Part shown: positions 50,561 through 60,400 of the stretch, in pieces
Layout: every line of letters starts with the position of its first letter
Numbering within the stretch: the first letter of the stretch is position 1
NCBI GenBank assembly: GCA_963796275.1
Contig: CAWCKY010000001.1
Span: forward strand, 192,001 to 256,000
DNA: 64,000 bases
DNA from: an uncultured Acidobacteriota bacterium
GTDB taxonomy: Bacteria; Acidobacteriota; Blastocatellia; RBC074
Reading direction: 5' to 3'
Translations under genes and position numbers: made by a program
The notes under the pieces: model-generated
What the model was told of the DNA's origin: nothing
Database searches by the model: none
Seen by the model: the letters and a program-made list of their open reading frames with translations, nothing else

Positions 50561-51784
50561 CTACTTTTCCCACGGCTCGCTGCTTCTTCCGTTGAGATCG
50601 TACATCACATCACCATCGAGGAAAGTCATTTCGCATGACAACTTCTGGCTCCCGTTCATTCGAGTTTTTTCCACATCGACGTAACCGAAGTCGCCGCGAT
50701 CAAGCCGGAACACGGCGATGTCTGCGGTCGCGCCGACGCTCAGGTGGCCGAATTTTTCGCGTTTGATCTCTTTCGCCGGATTCCACGTCGATTTCAGAAT
50801 CACGTCTTCAAGAGGCATCCCCATATTCAGGAATTTCGACATCACATTGACCATATCTCTCATCCCTCCGTTTGCGCTGCGCAGGTGCAGATCGGTCGAG
50901 ATCGAATCCGGAGAGAACCCCTGCTTCATAGCGGGAACGGCATAGCGAAAAATGAAACTGCCCGCCCCGTGTCCGACATCGAAGATCACGCCACGTTTCT
51001 TGCCCTCGAATAGGTAAGAGCGTACTTTCCCACCTTCGTCGAACATCGGAACGCGCGAGAGATAGGTGTGAGTGTAGATGTCGCCGGGGCGAAGCTTCTT
51101 CAGAATCAGGTCCCAATGCGGCCGTTCGGTTCGGAATTCACCAAAATCGACCATCAAAGGGACATTGGCCATCGCAGCTGCCTCAAGAGCGCGATCTACT
51201 GCGGTCCATTCAGGCCTGGCGAAATGTGCCGTCTTGATCCCGACGATGATGTCCTTATGTCTCTCTACCATCTCGGCGGTTTTCTTCGGGTCCATGTCGT
51301 CCGTATCCTGTTCGATGGGCCCGCCACCCATCCCCAGGCCGACGATATTGAGCAGCGCGAGGACGCGAGTGTTTGAGCGATCGATGACCCGTTGCTTGAA
51401 ATCCTCGAAGTTCTGCCACCCTGAGGTTCCTGCGTCGACCATCGTGGTCGTGCAGGCGCGAAAACTGTGCAGATCGGGGTAAACGCTCCAATCTCCCGTA
51501 TAACCCTTAACTCCCGTTCCCGCGTACGCATGCACGTGGATGTCGACCAGCCCGGGCGTCAGATAGAGCCCGTTGAGATCGACAACCCTTGCAGCCGTCG
51601 ACGGATCTATCGTCTGTTGGACGGCGGCTATCAGCCCCTTTGTGATAGCGACATCCCGTTTTTCATTGATGCTGTTCTTAGGATCAATTACGTGGCCGTT
51701 TTTGAGGAGCAGATCGTATCTCGGTTGAACTTCGGCACTTAAAATACCGGCTGCCAGCAATAGAACTGTGAGCAAGAATCTCAT
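50561..51784 (-). CDS. Amidohydrolase/deacetylase (dihydroorotase-like, EF_0837-type) with signal peptide
   Basis: PGLVDIHVH, VDAGTSG, VGIKTAH, LRPGDIYTH, FDVGHGAGSF and ISTDLH. Confidence 0.88.
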   Translation of the reverse strand: MRFLLTVLLLAAGILSAEVQPRYDLLLKNGHVIDPKNSINEKRDVAITKGLIAAVQQTIDPSTAARVVDLNGLYLTPGLVDIHVHAYAGTGVKGYTGDWSVYPDLHSFRACTTTMVDAGTSGWQNFEDFKQRVIDRSNTRVLALLNIVGLGMGGGPIEQDTDDMDPKKTAEMVERHKDIIVGIKTAHFARPEWTAVDRALEAAAMANVPLMVDFGEFRTERPHWDLILKKLRPGDIYTHTYLSRVPMFDEGGKVRSYLFEGKKRGVIFDVGHGAGSFIFRYAVPAMKQGFSPDSISTDLHLRSANGGMRDMVNVMSKFLNMGMPLEDVILKSTWNPAKEIKREKFGHLSVGATADIAVFRLDRGDFGYVDVEKTRMNGSQKLSCEMTFLDGDVMYDLNGRSSEPWEK

Positions 51785-51899
51785 GGTCCTCCTCAGCAAA
51801 TAGATGGGTTTCCGGTCGGGGTTTGATGGCGCTACGGCACATCACCGATAAGAAAGACGCAGTTAATGCCCGGAAATTAGCACTCTCGTAGAAAGGGAG

Positions 51900-52523
51900 T
51901 CAAGAATATCTCCCGTTAAGATAAAAATGCCAAAGCATCCGCGCGGCAATCGATCGATAGGGTCTCCAACTCTCACCGATCTCATCGAAGTGTTCCTGTG
52001 TCGGTTTGGTACTGAGACTTTTGAGTTTCTGCATAGCTATGAGCAGCGCTAAATCCCCTTTCGGCCAGATATCCGGACGGCGCATGGCCATCAGAAGATA
52101 GATATCCGCCGTCCAATCACCGACTCCCTTCAATTTTTTCAATTCAATGCGAACATCCTCATCCTGCAGCTTATTGAGCTTTTTGAGATCTAACTTCCGG
52201 TCGATCAAAGCCTGAGCTAACAACCTGCAATATGCCATTTTCTGGCGGCTGAAACCGATCGCCTTCAGCCTCGTATCATCAAGTGTGAGGAATCTGCCGG
52301 GAGTCACGGATGAAATAGTCGCTCGCAACCGGTTGAACGCTGATTTGGCGGAAGCCAGCGAGACCTGCTGCTCGAGAATGATGTGGACTAAGGTGGCGAA
52401 GCCCGGTCTTCGCGCCCATAAAGGCGGCAGACCTATTCTGTGCATAACTCGCGATAGATCGGGATCGCGTTCTGCAAGAGTAAGCGCGATTTGGGATAGG
52501 TTTTCTATGGTGACGATTTTCAT
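51900..52523 (-). CDS. DNA-3-methyladenine glycosylase II (AlkA/HhH-GPD family)
   Basis: ILEQQVS, LKGVGDWTADIYL, WPKGD and WRPYRS. Confidence 0.9.
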   Translation of the reverse strand: MKIVTIENLSQIALTLAERDPDLSRVMHRIGLPPLWARRPGFATLVHIILEQQVSLASAKSAFNRLRATISSVTPGRFLTLDDTRLKAIGFSRQKMAYCRLLAQALIDRKLDLKKLNKLQDEDVRIELKKLKGVGDWTADIYLLMAMRRPDIWPKGDLALLIAMQKLKSLSTKPTQEHFDEIGESWRPYRSIAARMLWHFYLNGRYS

Positions 52524-52567
52524 AGGTTCAATCGTAAACTGTGAAGTATGATTGAATGTGGTGCATT

Positions 52568-52632
52568 CGGAACATAAACGGAACATAAACGGGGCATAAC
52601 GGGGCATAAACGGGGCATAAACGGGAGATAAA
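52568..52632. repeat. 11-mer tandem repeat CGGRRCATAAA x6 in a divergent promoter region
   Basis: cggaacataaa x2, cggggcataa(a) x3, cgggagataaa. Confidence 0.85.
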
Positions 52633-52754
52633 AAGACATCGATGAGACATAAAGTAGCAAAAAGGGCAAAATCCTGGAATTTGTCTCGGTTTTATATTTT
52701 GCATTTTTTTCACTTTTTGTCTTTATCCTTCCCCATTTTCCTGGGAGTAATTTG

Positions 52755-53807
52755 ATGGATACGATCACGCAGGGGATTCTCGGCGCGGCTGCCTCGCAGT
52801 CGCTGTTAGCGCGGCGGTTGCCACGGGGCGCTGGTTTTATCGGTGCAGTAGGAGGGATGGCTCCCGATCTCGACATCTTTATCAGGTCGGCCGATGATCC
52901 GACGGTCGCCTGGCTCTTTCATCGCCATTTCACTCACAGCCTTATCTTCATCCCTGTCGGCGGTCTGATCGCCGCGATACCATTTCTATTCCTGAGCCGG
53001 TACAAGGATCACAAGAAGGAGGTGATACTTGCATCTATTATCGGCTATGCGACGCACGGATTGCTCGATGCCTTTACCAACTACGGGACGCAATTGTTCT
53101 GGCCCTTCTCGAATTATCGCGTCGCGTTGGACTGGATCGGAATCGTCGACCCGATCTATAGCTTGATCTTATTGATCGGGGTCATATTCACGGCGCGTAC
53201 GAAACAGATGAAACCGGTGCGCATCGCATTTCTGCTATCTAGCCTTTATCTTTGCTTCGGCGGATGGCAGCATCACCGCTCGCTTGAAACACAAAGGCAG
53301 CTGGCGGAGATGCGCGGACATCAGCTACAGCAATCGCGCGTCATGCCGGCGCCCGGCTGGTTAGTATTCTGGCGTTCCGTCTATCTGGCAGACGGCAGAC
53401 TGTACATCGATGGAATAAGAACTCCGTGGTTCAGTCCTCCCCTGATTCTGCCAGGTGGTTCGGCGGCTGCGACGACTTTTCTAGACCTGCCGGCGAACGC
53501 TCAGGCCAATGAGGAAACGAAGCGGCAGTTCCAGATTTTCAACTGGTTTGCAGATGGATTAATCGCACGCATCGGTGATGAGCCCAATGCCATCGGCGAT
53601 ATGAGAATCACGGCATCCGTGGAAAGTCTCATTCCGCTGTGGGGCTTGGAATTTGATCCTTCGTCGGGCCGTGCGCAGAGATGGAGTCCCTCTGGAAGCG
53701 TTCAACGAGATTTCGGAATTTTGGTGCGGGGTTTGTTTTTGGGGGATGTTCGTTACAGGTCATTGTCCGCCTTACCAAGGATGAATGTCGATAGACCGGC
53801 AAATTGA
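52755..53807 (+). CDS. Inner-membrane metal-dependent hydrolase (YdjM-like)
   Basis: MDTITQ, PDLD, HRHFTHS, THGLLDAFTNYGTQLFWPF. Confidence 0.88.
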   Translation: MDTITQGILGAAASQSLLARRLPRGAGFIGAVGGMAPDLDIFIRSADDPTVAWLFHRHFTHSLIFIPVGGLIAAIPFLFLSRYKDHKKEVILASIIGYATHGLLDAFTNYGTQLFWPFSNYRVALDWIGIVDPIYSLILLIGVIFTARTKQMKPVRIAFLLSSLYLCFGGWQHHRSLETQRQLAEMRGHQLQQSRVMPAPGWLVFWRSVYLADGRLYIDGIRTPWFSPPLILPGGSAAATTFLDLPANAQANEETKRQFQIFNWFADGLIARIGDEPNAIGDMRITASVESLIPLWGLEFDPSSGRAQRWSPSGSVQRDFGILVRGLFLGDVRYRSLSALPRMNVDRPAN

Positions 53808-53895
53808 AACACTCACCAAATGGCGGAAAGAAAACGTCAGCGGTCTGCATTTTATACAGACGCTCTTCCTGTTTCTTTTGCCCGAGCAAGTGCGC

Positions 53896-54885
53896 CTAGT
53901 TTTCCGGTCCGCTCCAGCTGATAGCCATCATCGTCAAATCATCGGTCTTAGGAACACCCCCCTGGAACTTTCTCAGGTCTTCCAGGCATTTATCGATCAA
54001 TACGTGCGCATCACTCTGGCGACCGCTCCCCACCAGCTTTATGAGTCGCTCAACCCCATATTCATCGCCTGAGCTGTTACGCGCCTCTGAGAAACCATCG
54101 GTGTAAAGCAACAATGAGTCGCCTGGAGCCAATTGCACATTTGTGGCTGAATATTCCTGATTTATGAAAATACCGATAGGTAGCCCGGTGGATTTGATAG
54201 TTCGGACATCGCCTGCTTGCCGCCAGAGGATCGGTAAATGACCGGCATTTGAAATCTCCACTGCTCCCGCTCTGGTTGCCTTACCACATACCAGGGTCGC
54301 ATATTGCATAAGCAGCGTACTTTTACCGAGGAGGCGGTTGGCGCGCTCTACCAACTGGCAGACCGAGAGTTTCAACGAGATCAGAGTACGGAACATAGCA
54401 TGTAGTTGTGTCATAACCATTGCAGCAGCGACCCCCTTTCCCGAAACGTCGCCCAGCATGAAATAGATGCTATTGTCTTCCCCTTCCACCAGATCACAAT
54501 AATCGCCGCTGACGGGGCCGAAAGCTTCGTAGTGGAGCGCTACGCGCCAGCCGTTCAAGGTAAAATCGCGCTCCGGCAGTAATCTCGTCTGTATCTCTGC
54601 CGCCAGATGCAAATCCCGTTCGAGCGCTTCCTGCTCCAACGGCGTCAGGTGATCCAGACAGAAACGAACGAGCGGATCCGATACCAGGCGATCTTTCTCG
54701 ATCGGATCGTGACAGACTTCACATAATCCGTATGATTCATTGTTCAAACGGTCCAGCGCTGTATCCACTTCGTGCAGCAGATTTCGTAACTGAGTTGATT
54801 CACCTATATTGACGATTGCGGATTCAAGTTTCTGTTGGCGATCGATTAATTGATCGCGCAGGTTGGTCTCGATTATGGTTGCCAT
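53896..54885 (-). CDS. SpoIIE/RsbU-type PP2C phosphatase with N-terminal DksA/TraR-like zinc finger
   Basis: [25 protein letters not shown]...FCLDH, then VSGDYCD, GDVSGKG, YTDG and DDLT. Confidence 0.88.
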   Translation of the reverse strand: MATIIETNLRDQLIDRQQKLESAIVNIGESTQLRNLLHEVDTALDRLNNESYGLCEVCHDPIEKDRLVSDPLVRFCLDHLTPLEQEALERDLHLAAEIQTRLLPERDFTLNGWRVALHYEAFGPVSGDYCDLVEGEDNSIYFMLGDVSGKGVAAAMVMTQLHAMFRTLISLKLSVCQLVERANRLLGKSTLLMQYATLVCGKATRAGAVEISNAGHLPILWRQAGDVRTIKSTGLPIGIFINQEYSATNVQLAPGDSLLLYTDGFSEARNSSGDEYGVERLIKLVGSGRQSDAHVLIDKCLEDLRKFQGGVPKTDDLTMMAISWSGPEN

Positions 54886-55032
54886 TTTCCCCTCCATCAC
54901 ACCTCTACATTGTGCAGATATAAACGTGATTAACACAAGCGATGTTTCGGGGAAGATTCACTGCAAAAAACACAAAAAGAGTAAAATCACGGAGGAGCGT
55001 GGTTTGTAGATAAGCTTCTTTTCTGAGAGATT

Positions 55033-56556
55033 TTAGTGCCGCCTCTTCCAGTCAAACCATTTCTTCAATAATTTCAGCCACGGTTGGAGTTGCGTCTGAC
55101 TGTAAGCATCGCCGATCTTGTGAAGCGCTTCAGCTTGAGTCGGGTATGGGTGGATCGTTTTCGCTAACGCTCCCAACTTCAATCCGGATGTGATCGCCAA
55201 AGTGAGTTCGCTGATCATCTCGCCGGCGTGCCGGGCGACGATGGTTCCGCCCAGGATTTTTCCCGTCCTGCGTTCGTAATGTACCCTTGCGAAACCATGG
55301 TCCTCGCCATCCAAAATCGCGCGATCGAGATCGTTGAAATACTCGGTGATTGTTGCAACATCCAAGCCTGCCTCTCGGGCGTCGGCTTCGTAATAACCGG
55401 TATGCGCTACTTCGGGATCTGTAAAAGTGACCCAGGGCATTACCGCAACTTTGCTGTGCCCGTAAAAGAGAGAGTTGCGCAGGGCTGTGCGCGCCATCGC
55501 GTCCGCCGCGTGAGTGAATTTCTGCCTGGAACATATGTCGCCCGCCGCATAAATTCGCCGATTCGATGTTCGCAGGTGATCATCGACGATCACGCCGTCG
55601 CGCGAAAAGTTCACGCCCGCGGCCTGCAGGTTCATGTCTTCGATGTTTGGCACTCGTCCTGCAGCCAGGAGGATCGCCTGACAGATGACCTCGGATTTCA
55701 AGCCATCGCGCGAGAATACTATCGCTCTGTCCTTGCCTCTGGTTTCAACGCGCAGTATTTCAGCCCGATTGATGATCGTCATACCTTCGCGTTCGAACTG
55801 CCGGTGGACGATAGCGGAAGCGTCCTGATCTTCACGAGGCAGGATCTGGCCGGCATCGTTGATGATCGTGATTGCGCATCCGAATCGAAGAAATGCCTGT
55901 CCCAATTCGCAGCCCGTCGCCCCTCCTCCGATAACAACCATATGAGCCGGCAGGGCGGTCAATTTAAAGATGGTTTCATTCGTGTAGAAGCCTGCCTCTT
56001 GCAAACCCGGTATCGGTGGATTCGCCGGACGGCTTCCCGTCGCAATCACTGCCCGATCGAATTCCAATCGTTTATCATCAACCTCGATTACGTTTGTACT
56101 GACGAACTTCGCAGCGCCAAGATAGACATCGACATTGTATTTGGTGCTGAAACGTTGGACCGCGTCGGCCAGGCTGATGCGGGCGCGCAACCGCCGCATT
56201 CTCTCCATGGCTGCCGCAAAGTCGATCTGTGGTTCGGAACTAAAACGAACACCGAACTCATTCGCGATGCGCAGGTCGTAGACGGCGCGGGCCGCACGAA
56301 TCAGCGCTTTGGAAGGAACACAGCCGGTAGTCAAACAATCGCCTCCGGTCAGCGCCCGCTCAATAAGAGCGCTCTTCGCTCCCAGGCTGCCGGCGCCGCC
56401 CGCGCTCACCAACCCGGCAGCGCCTGCGCCGATAGCGACCAGGTTATATCTCCCTGCGGGAACCGGATTTGAGTAGTCGGGCGGATGGCAATTGGCGATA
56501 ACCTGCTGGTCGTGCGGATCGCTTGGCGTCAGAATTTGTTCGATCTTCATTTTCAT
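55033..56556 (-). CDS. Pyridine nucleotide-disulfide oxidoreductase (mercuric reductase/lipoamide dehydrogenase-like)
   Basis: IGAGAAG, GGDCLTTGCVPSK, IGGGATGCE, YAAGD and HPYPTQAE. Confidence 0.9.
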   Translation of the reverse strand: MKMKIEQILTPSDPHDQQVIANCHPPDYSNPVPAGRYNLVAIGAGAAGLVSAGGAGSLGAKSALIERALTGGDCLTTGCVPSKALIRAARAVYDLRIANEFGVRFSSEPQIDFAAAMERMRRLRARISLADAVQRFSTKYNVDVYLGAAKFVSTNVIEVDDKRLEFDRAVIATGSRPANPPIPGLQEAGFYTNETIFKLTALPAHMVVIGGGATGCELGQAFLRFGCAITIINDAGQILPREDQDASAIVHRQFEREGMTIINRAEILRVETRGKDRAIVFSRDGLKSEVICQAILLAAGRVPNIEDMNLQAAGVNFSRDGVIVDDHLRTSNRRIYAAGDICSRQKFTHAADAMARTALRNSLFYGHSKVAVMPWVTFTDPEVAHTGYYEADAREAGLDVATITEYFNDLDRAILDGEDHGFARVHYERRTGKILGGTIVARHAGEMISELTLAITSGLKLGALAKTIHPYPTQAEALHKIGDAYSQTQLQPWLKLLKKWFDWKRRH

Positions 56557-56893
56557 AGAAGCACATTAGGGAAGCCAAAAGTCAAAAATGCAGTATGCGG
56601 AGCGTAAGCCGTGGGCGTCAGCTTAGCGATCGTCTTTTTGCTTTTGATGGCGGCTCTTGTGCTGCCCTTAACTTTATCTATTCGAGTTATATTCGAGACT
56701 CAGCATAGAGATCGTCGGCCGTAAACGGTGCCAACCGGCGCTCCAACCCATTACGGAAGCGACCGATCCGTTGCCTCCTGAATTATATCCACATTCTCCG
56801 GTTGAGCGTGGCCGAGCAGAACACGGCGAGACTGGAAGAAAGAACCATATCTGCGTCATGATTGGTTTCGGGTGAGACGCGGTCTCATCAATC

Positions 56894-58108
56894 ATGGGAT
56901 TCAATCAGACAAAAAGCGTAGGGCGAAAGTTTAACGGTTATCTATTCGCAGCCGGTGGTATCGCCCTCGCGACTGCGGTTCTCGCGCCATTTCACGACAG
57001 GCTAAGTTCTACAACCGTGGCGTTGGCTTTGTTGCTGATTGTGCTATTTTCGGCGACCGGATGGGGCATTCGTCCCGCCATGGCCGCTTCACTGCTTGGC
57101 GTTCTCTGCTTTAACTTCTTCTTCCTCCCGCCGCTTCATACTTTGACGATTGTCAATCCGCATAACTGGGTAGCGCTCGCCGCATTCCTCATTACGGCGA
57201 TTACGGCCGGGGGGCTCTCGGCTCGTGCGAACAGGCGTGCCGAAGAGGCTGAGGCGCGCAGACGAGAAATCGAACGTCTTTATCATGAATACCAAAATGC
57301 CGTTGACCGCGCGAAACAGGCGGAAGTTCTCGAACAAAGCGAAAGGCTGAAATCAGCATTACTCGATGCTGTCACGCATGATCTGCGGACACCGCTCACT
57401 TCGATCAAGGCTTCCGTCACGACGTTGCTCGCCGAGGTCGAGGGCGACCAACCCGTTGCGCTCGATCGGGAGGCGCGGCATGAATTTTTGGTGGTAATCA
57501 ATGAAGAGACCGACCGGCTCAACCGTTTTGTCGAAAACCTGGTCGAGCTGGCGAGCATCGAGGCGGGGGCAATGCACTTGCGGCGGCGGTGGTTTTCGGT
57601 CGAAGACCTTATCGCTATGGCACGCGAACGTGCGGCTTCCTTAACGACTGAACATCGCCTCATCATCGACATCGAACGCGAGATGCCGGTTGCCCGCCTC
57701 GATGCCGCGCTGATCGCTGAGGTTCTTTACTCACTCATCGACAATGCCACGAAGTATTCGCCTGCCGGGACGCCAGTCCGCATCACCGCTGAACGCGCCC
57801 AGAACGAGATGATACAATTCGTCATTGAAGATGAAGGCCGCGGCATACCTCCGGAACTGCGAGAGCGCGTTTTCGATAAATTTTTTCGCGCGACGAACGA
57901 AGGCGCCGCGAGCCTGGGAAGGCCGAAGGGGCTCGGGATGGGATTGGCTATCGCGCGTGGTATCGTTGAAGCGCACGGTGGCCGCATCTGGATCGAGAGC
58001 GGCGGGAATAGAAAGGGAACGCGCATCACATTCCTCGTCCCGATCGGGGACGAGGAACCCGATCAATCGAACGAACCCCATCCTTTCTTTTCTGGTACGA
58101 CGAAATGA
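56894..58108 (+). CDS. KdpD-like sensor histidine kinase (DUF4118 + HisKA + HATPase)
   Basis: Four TM helices with FNFFFLPPLHTL, VTHDLRTPLTSI, NATKYS and GMGLAI. Confidence 0.9.
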   Translation: MGFNQTKSVGRKFNGYLFAAGGIALATAVLAPFHDRLSSTTVALALLLIVLFSATGWGIRPAMAASLLGVLCFNFFFLPPLHTLTIVNPHNWVALAAFLITAITAGGLSARANRRAEEAEARRREIERLYHEYQNAVDRAKQAEVLEQSERLKSALLDAVTHDLRTPLTSIKASVTTLLAEVEGDQPVALDREARHEFLVVINEETDRLNRFVENLVELASIEAGAMHLRRRWFSVEDLIAMARERAASLTTEHRLIIDIEREMPVARLDAALIAEVLYSLIDNATKYSPAGTPVRITAERAQNEMIQFVIEDEGRGIPPELRERVFDKFFRATNEGAASLGRPKGLGMGLAIARGIVEAHGGRIWIESGGNRKGTRITFLVPIGDEEPDQSNEPHPFFSGTTK

Positions 58109-58800
58109 CTGAACCTTATCGCATACTGGTCGTGGATGATGAACTACAGATTGGCCGCGTTTTGCGGCGCAGCCTCTCTGCTCGAGGGTACGAAGTACAG
58201 GTAGCCGGAAATGGCGAGGAGGGGCTGGATGTATTCAAAAGTTGGACGCCGGACCTGGTCATCACCGATCTTTCCATGCCGAATATGGGTGGGATCGAGC
58301 TTTGCCGGCGTCTACGCGCCGTCTCGCAAGTACCGATCATAGTGATTTCAGTAAAGGGAGAAGAGCGCGTTAAAGTCGAGGCGTTGGATGTCGGGGCGGA
58401 CGATTACATCACCAAGCCTTTCGGCATCGATGAGCTGCTTGCCCGCGTACGAGCCGCGCTGCGCCGCATTCCGGTCAAGACCGGGACTCAAGGCAGGACA
58501 GTTCACGCCGGAGATTTTCATCTCGATACCGAGGCCCGCACGATCAAAGTCCGCGGTGTGGATGTGCATCTAACGCCGAAAGAATACGACCTGCTGGTTT
58601 TCCTGATTCAGCATCCGAATAAAGTCCTGACACATAGAGTTCTGCTCGGCGCAATCTGGGGCGGCGATTATGTCGAACAGACTGAGTACCTGCGCGTGTT
58701 TATTGGTCAACTGCGCAAGAAGATAGAAGCGGATCTATCGAAACCTCGCTACATCCTCACCGAACCCTGGGTGGGATATCGCTTCGATCCGGGGGCATAG
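58105..58800 (+). CDS. kdpE: KdpE-like OmpR-family response regulator
   Basis: ILVVDDE, GADDYITKPF, VHLTPKEY, YLRVFIGQLRKKIE and ILTEPWVGYRF. Confidence 0.85.
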   Translation: MTEPYRILVVDDELQIGRVLRRSLSARGYEVQVAGNGEEGLDVFKSWTPDLVITDLSMPNMGGIELCRRLRAVSQVPIIVISVKGEERVKVEALDVGADDYITKPFGIDELLARVRAALRRIPVKTGTQGRTVHAGDFHLDTEARTIKVRGVDVHLTPKEYDLLVFLIQHPNKVLTHRVLLGAIWGGDYVEQTEYLRVFIGQLRKKIEADLSKPRYILTEPWVGYRFDPGA

Positions 58801-58826
58801 GGTATCTGGCATGTTGGCATAAAAGA

Positions 58827-58865
58827 TTTACGAATTTTTTATGCGCCATTTACGCCATTTTTATA
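58827..58865 (+). promoter_or_regulatory. Four phased KdpE-like half-sites (TTTAYR, 11-bp period)
   Basis: TTTACG 58827, TTTATG 58838, TTTACG 58849, TTTATA 58860. Confidence 0.65.
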
Positions 58866-58923
58866 ACTCATGTCATAACATCATCGTTCGATAAATCGAA
58901 CGCGGAGTTCAAACGGCGAGGAT

Positions 58924-60393
58924 GTGGACGCTGTTTCTTTGACGGCATACGCATTGCATACGCAAAAATACCATATGCAAGAGATTGACCTATTTTTTGT
59001 TATTCCTACCTACCGTCTACGTGAAGTAGGAGAAACGGTGGAAGAATATGACGAACACTTCTGGTGTAACGGATATTCGGTACGAATGATCGTCTTCGAT
59101 GATTCCAGTCCGGCAAACCAGCATAAATATTATTCGCTTCTAGAACAGACCAGAACGCACAATGACCTCTTTTATGTGGGCCCGCAGGAAAAAGATCAAT
59201 TCATCGCATACATAAATGGGCGCTTGCGAGACAAACGGCTGGAAGGGCTGGTCAAAAACTTGTTTCGGCCCAGTTATGGTGGGAACCGCAACTATACGCT
59301 CATGTATACTCTCGGCGGCCTGATGGTCAGTTCCGATGATGATATGCGTCCTTATGCATTGATGGAATACAGCCCTGAATCTCTTAACCCAAATGAAGTT
59401 TGCCGCGGACGATTACACAAAGTTGGTGAAAACAGTTACAACCGCAAGTCATTTGACATAATTGCATCCTTTCTGGACGTACTGGGGAAGCGCGTCAGCC
59501 AGACGCCGGACAACTATGAGCGCGGCGAATCGCTGATGGACACGGCAATGCATTTGGAGACCAACTCCACCATGGGGCTGGCGCAGGAGAATTCGCTTCT
59601 GTTGAAGCGCGGGCCGATCTCTGAGGATGCAGTGGTGAAGATAGCTCAGACGTTTCGCTCGGGGACCAACGATATCGACGCCATCGATTTCGTAGAGATG
59701 TTCCTCGACGACGAGCAGCAGACAAACCCTGACGATCTCAACAATCTTTATGTACTGGTAAATTTTCGTCCGGTAGTGACCAAGAAGAATTGGCGTATGG
59801 ACTGCGGCATAGCGGGTTACGACAACACCTTCGGGTTACCGCCGTTCTTTCCCACGCGGCTGCGCTTCGAGGACTATATCTATCGACTCTGGGTACAACA
59901 GGAAGGCATAGCGGCGTCTCATATCGATGCCGCGCAGAATCACATCAGAAGCAACTATATGCGTAACCCGCCCACGTCCGAGATTTTCAATGAGGAGGTA
60001 TCCAACCTGCTCAAGCGGAAGATCAAGGATTCGCTATCGCGCATCGACGAACTGAGCATTGCGTTCGACTACGATGGCGAGGTGAAGGCGCAGGATGCGC
60101 AGGAGATACTTGATAAGATCGGAAGACTGTATGGAAGAGCCGCTGAGACGGCTGCCAAGACGCCCAATCTAGAGCGGGCCGATGCACTGCGCCGGTTCGC
60201 AGCCAACCTGCAGAAATCGTTCTATGGGTTCGAACCGGATTTTTTTCAGCAGAACCTGCTGCGGATCGCGGATGACGTCATCAGCGTCATCAAGGGATCG
60301 ATCGAACTATGGCCGAGCCTGGTAGAGATCTGCTACTTCCAGAAAGGGCGCAAAGGGCTGCCGCAGGTGCGAGTGAAGAATCAGAAGAAGTGA
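58924..60393 (+). CDS. Hypothetical protein with GT-A glycosyltransferase-like N-terminus
   Basis: FFVIPTYR, IVFDDS, YGGNRN, SSDDD and RFED; start may be 58975. Confidence 0.7.
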   Translation: MDAVSLTAYALHTQKYHMQEIDLFFVIPTYRLREVGETVEEYDEHFWCNGYSVRMIVFDDSSPANQHKYYSLLEQTRTHNDLFYVGPQEKDQFIAYINGRLRDKRLEGLVKNLFRPSYGGNRNYTLMYTLGGLMVSSDDDMRPYALMEYSPESLNPNEVCRGRLHKVGENSYNRKSFDIIASFLDVLGKRVSQTPDNYERGESLMDTAMHLETNSTMGLAQENSLLLKRGPISEDAVVKIAQTFRSGTNDIDAIDFVEMFLDDEQQTNPDDLNNLYVLVNFRPVVTKKNWRMDCGIAGYDNTFGLPPFFPTRLRFEDYIYRLWVQQEGIAASHIDAAQNHIRSNYMRNPPTSEIFNEEVSNLLKRKIKDSLSRIDELSIAFDYDGEVKAQDAQEILDKIGRLYGRAAETAAKTPNLERADALRRFAANLQKSFYGFEPDFFQQNLLRIADDVISVIKGSIELWPSLVEICYFQKGRKGLPQVRVKNQKK

Positions 60394-60400
60394 GCCCCCG

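Noticed and set aside
50561-51784. Pyrimidine-pathway dihydroorotase pyrC
   Set aside because: The signal peptide, FDVGHGAGSF motif and gene context point to the EF_0837-type amidohydrolase
55033-56556. Mercury resistance merA
   Set aside because: Lacks the C-terminal Cys-Cys pair and NmerA domain, retains HPYPT, and no mer operon is present
56600-56890. c-di-AMP (ydaO) riboswitch or K+ transporter remnant upstream of the kdpD-like gene
   Set aside because: I could not match the riboswitch consensus and the translated frames are not convincing; an Infernal/tblastn search would be needed
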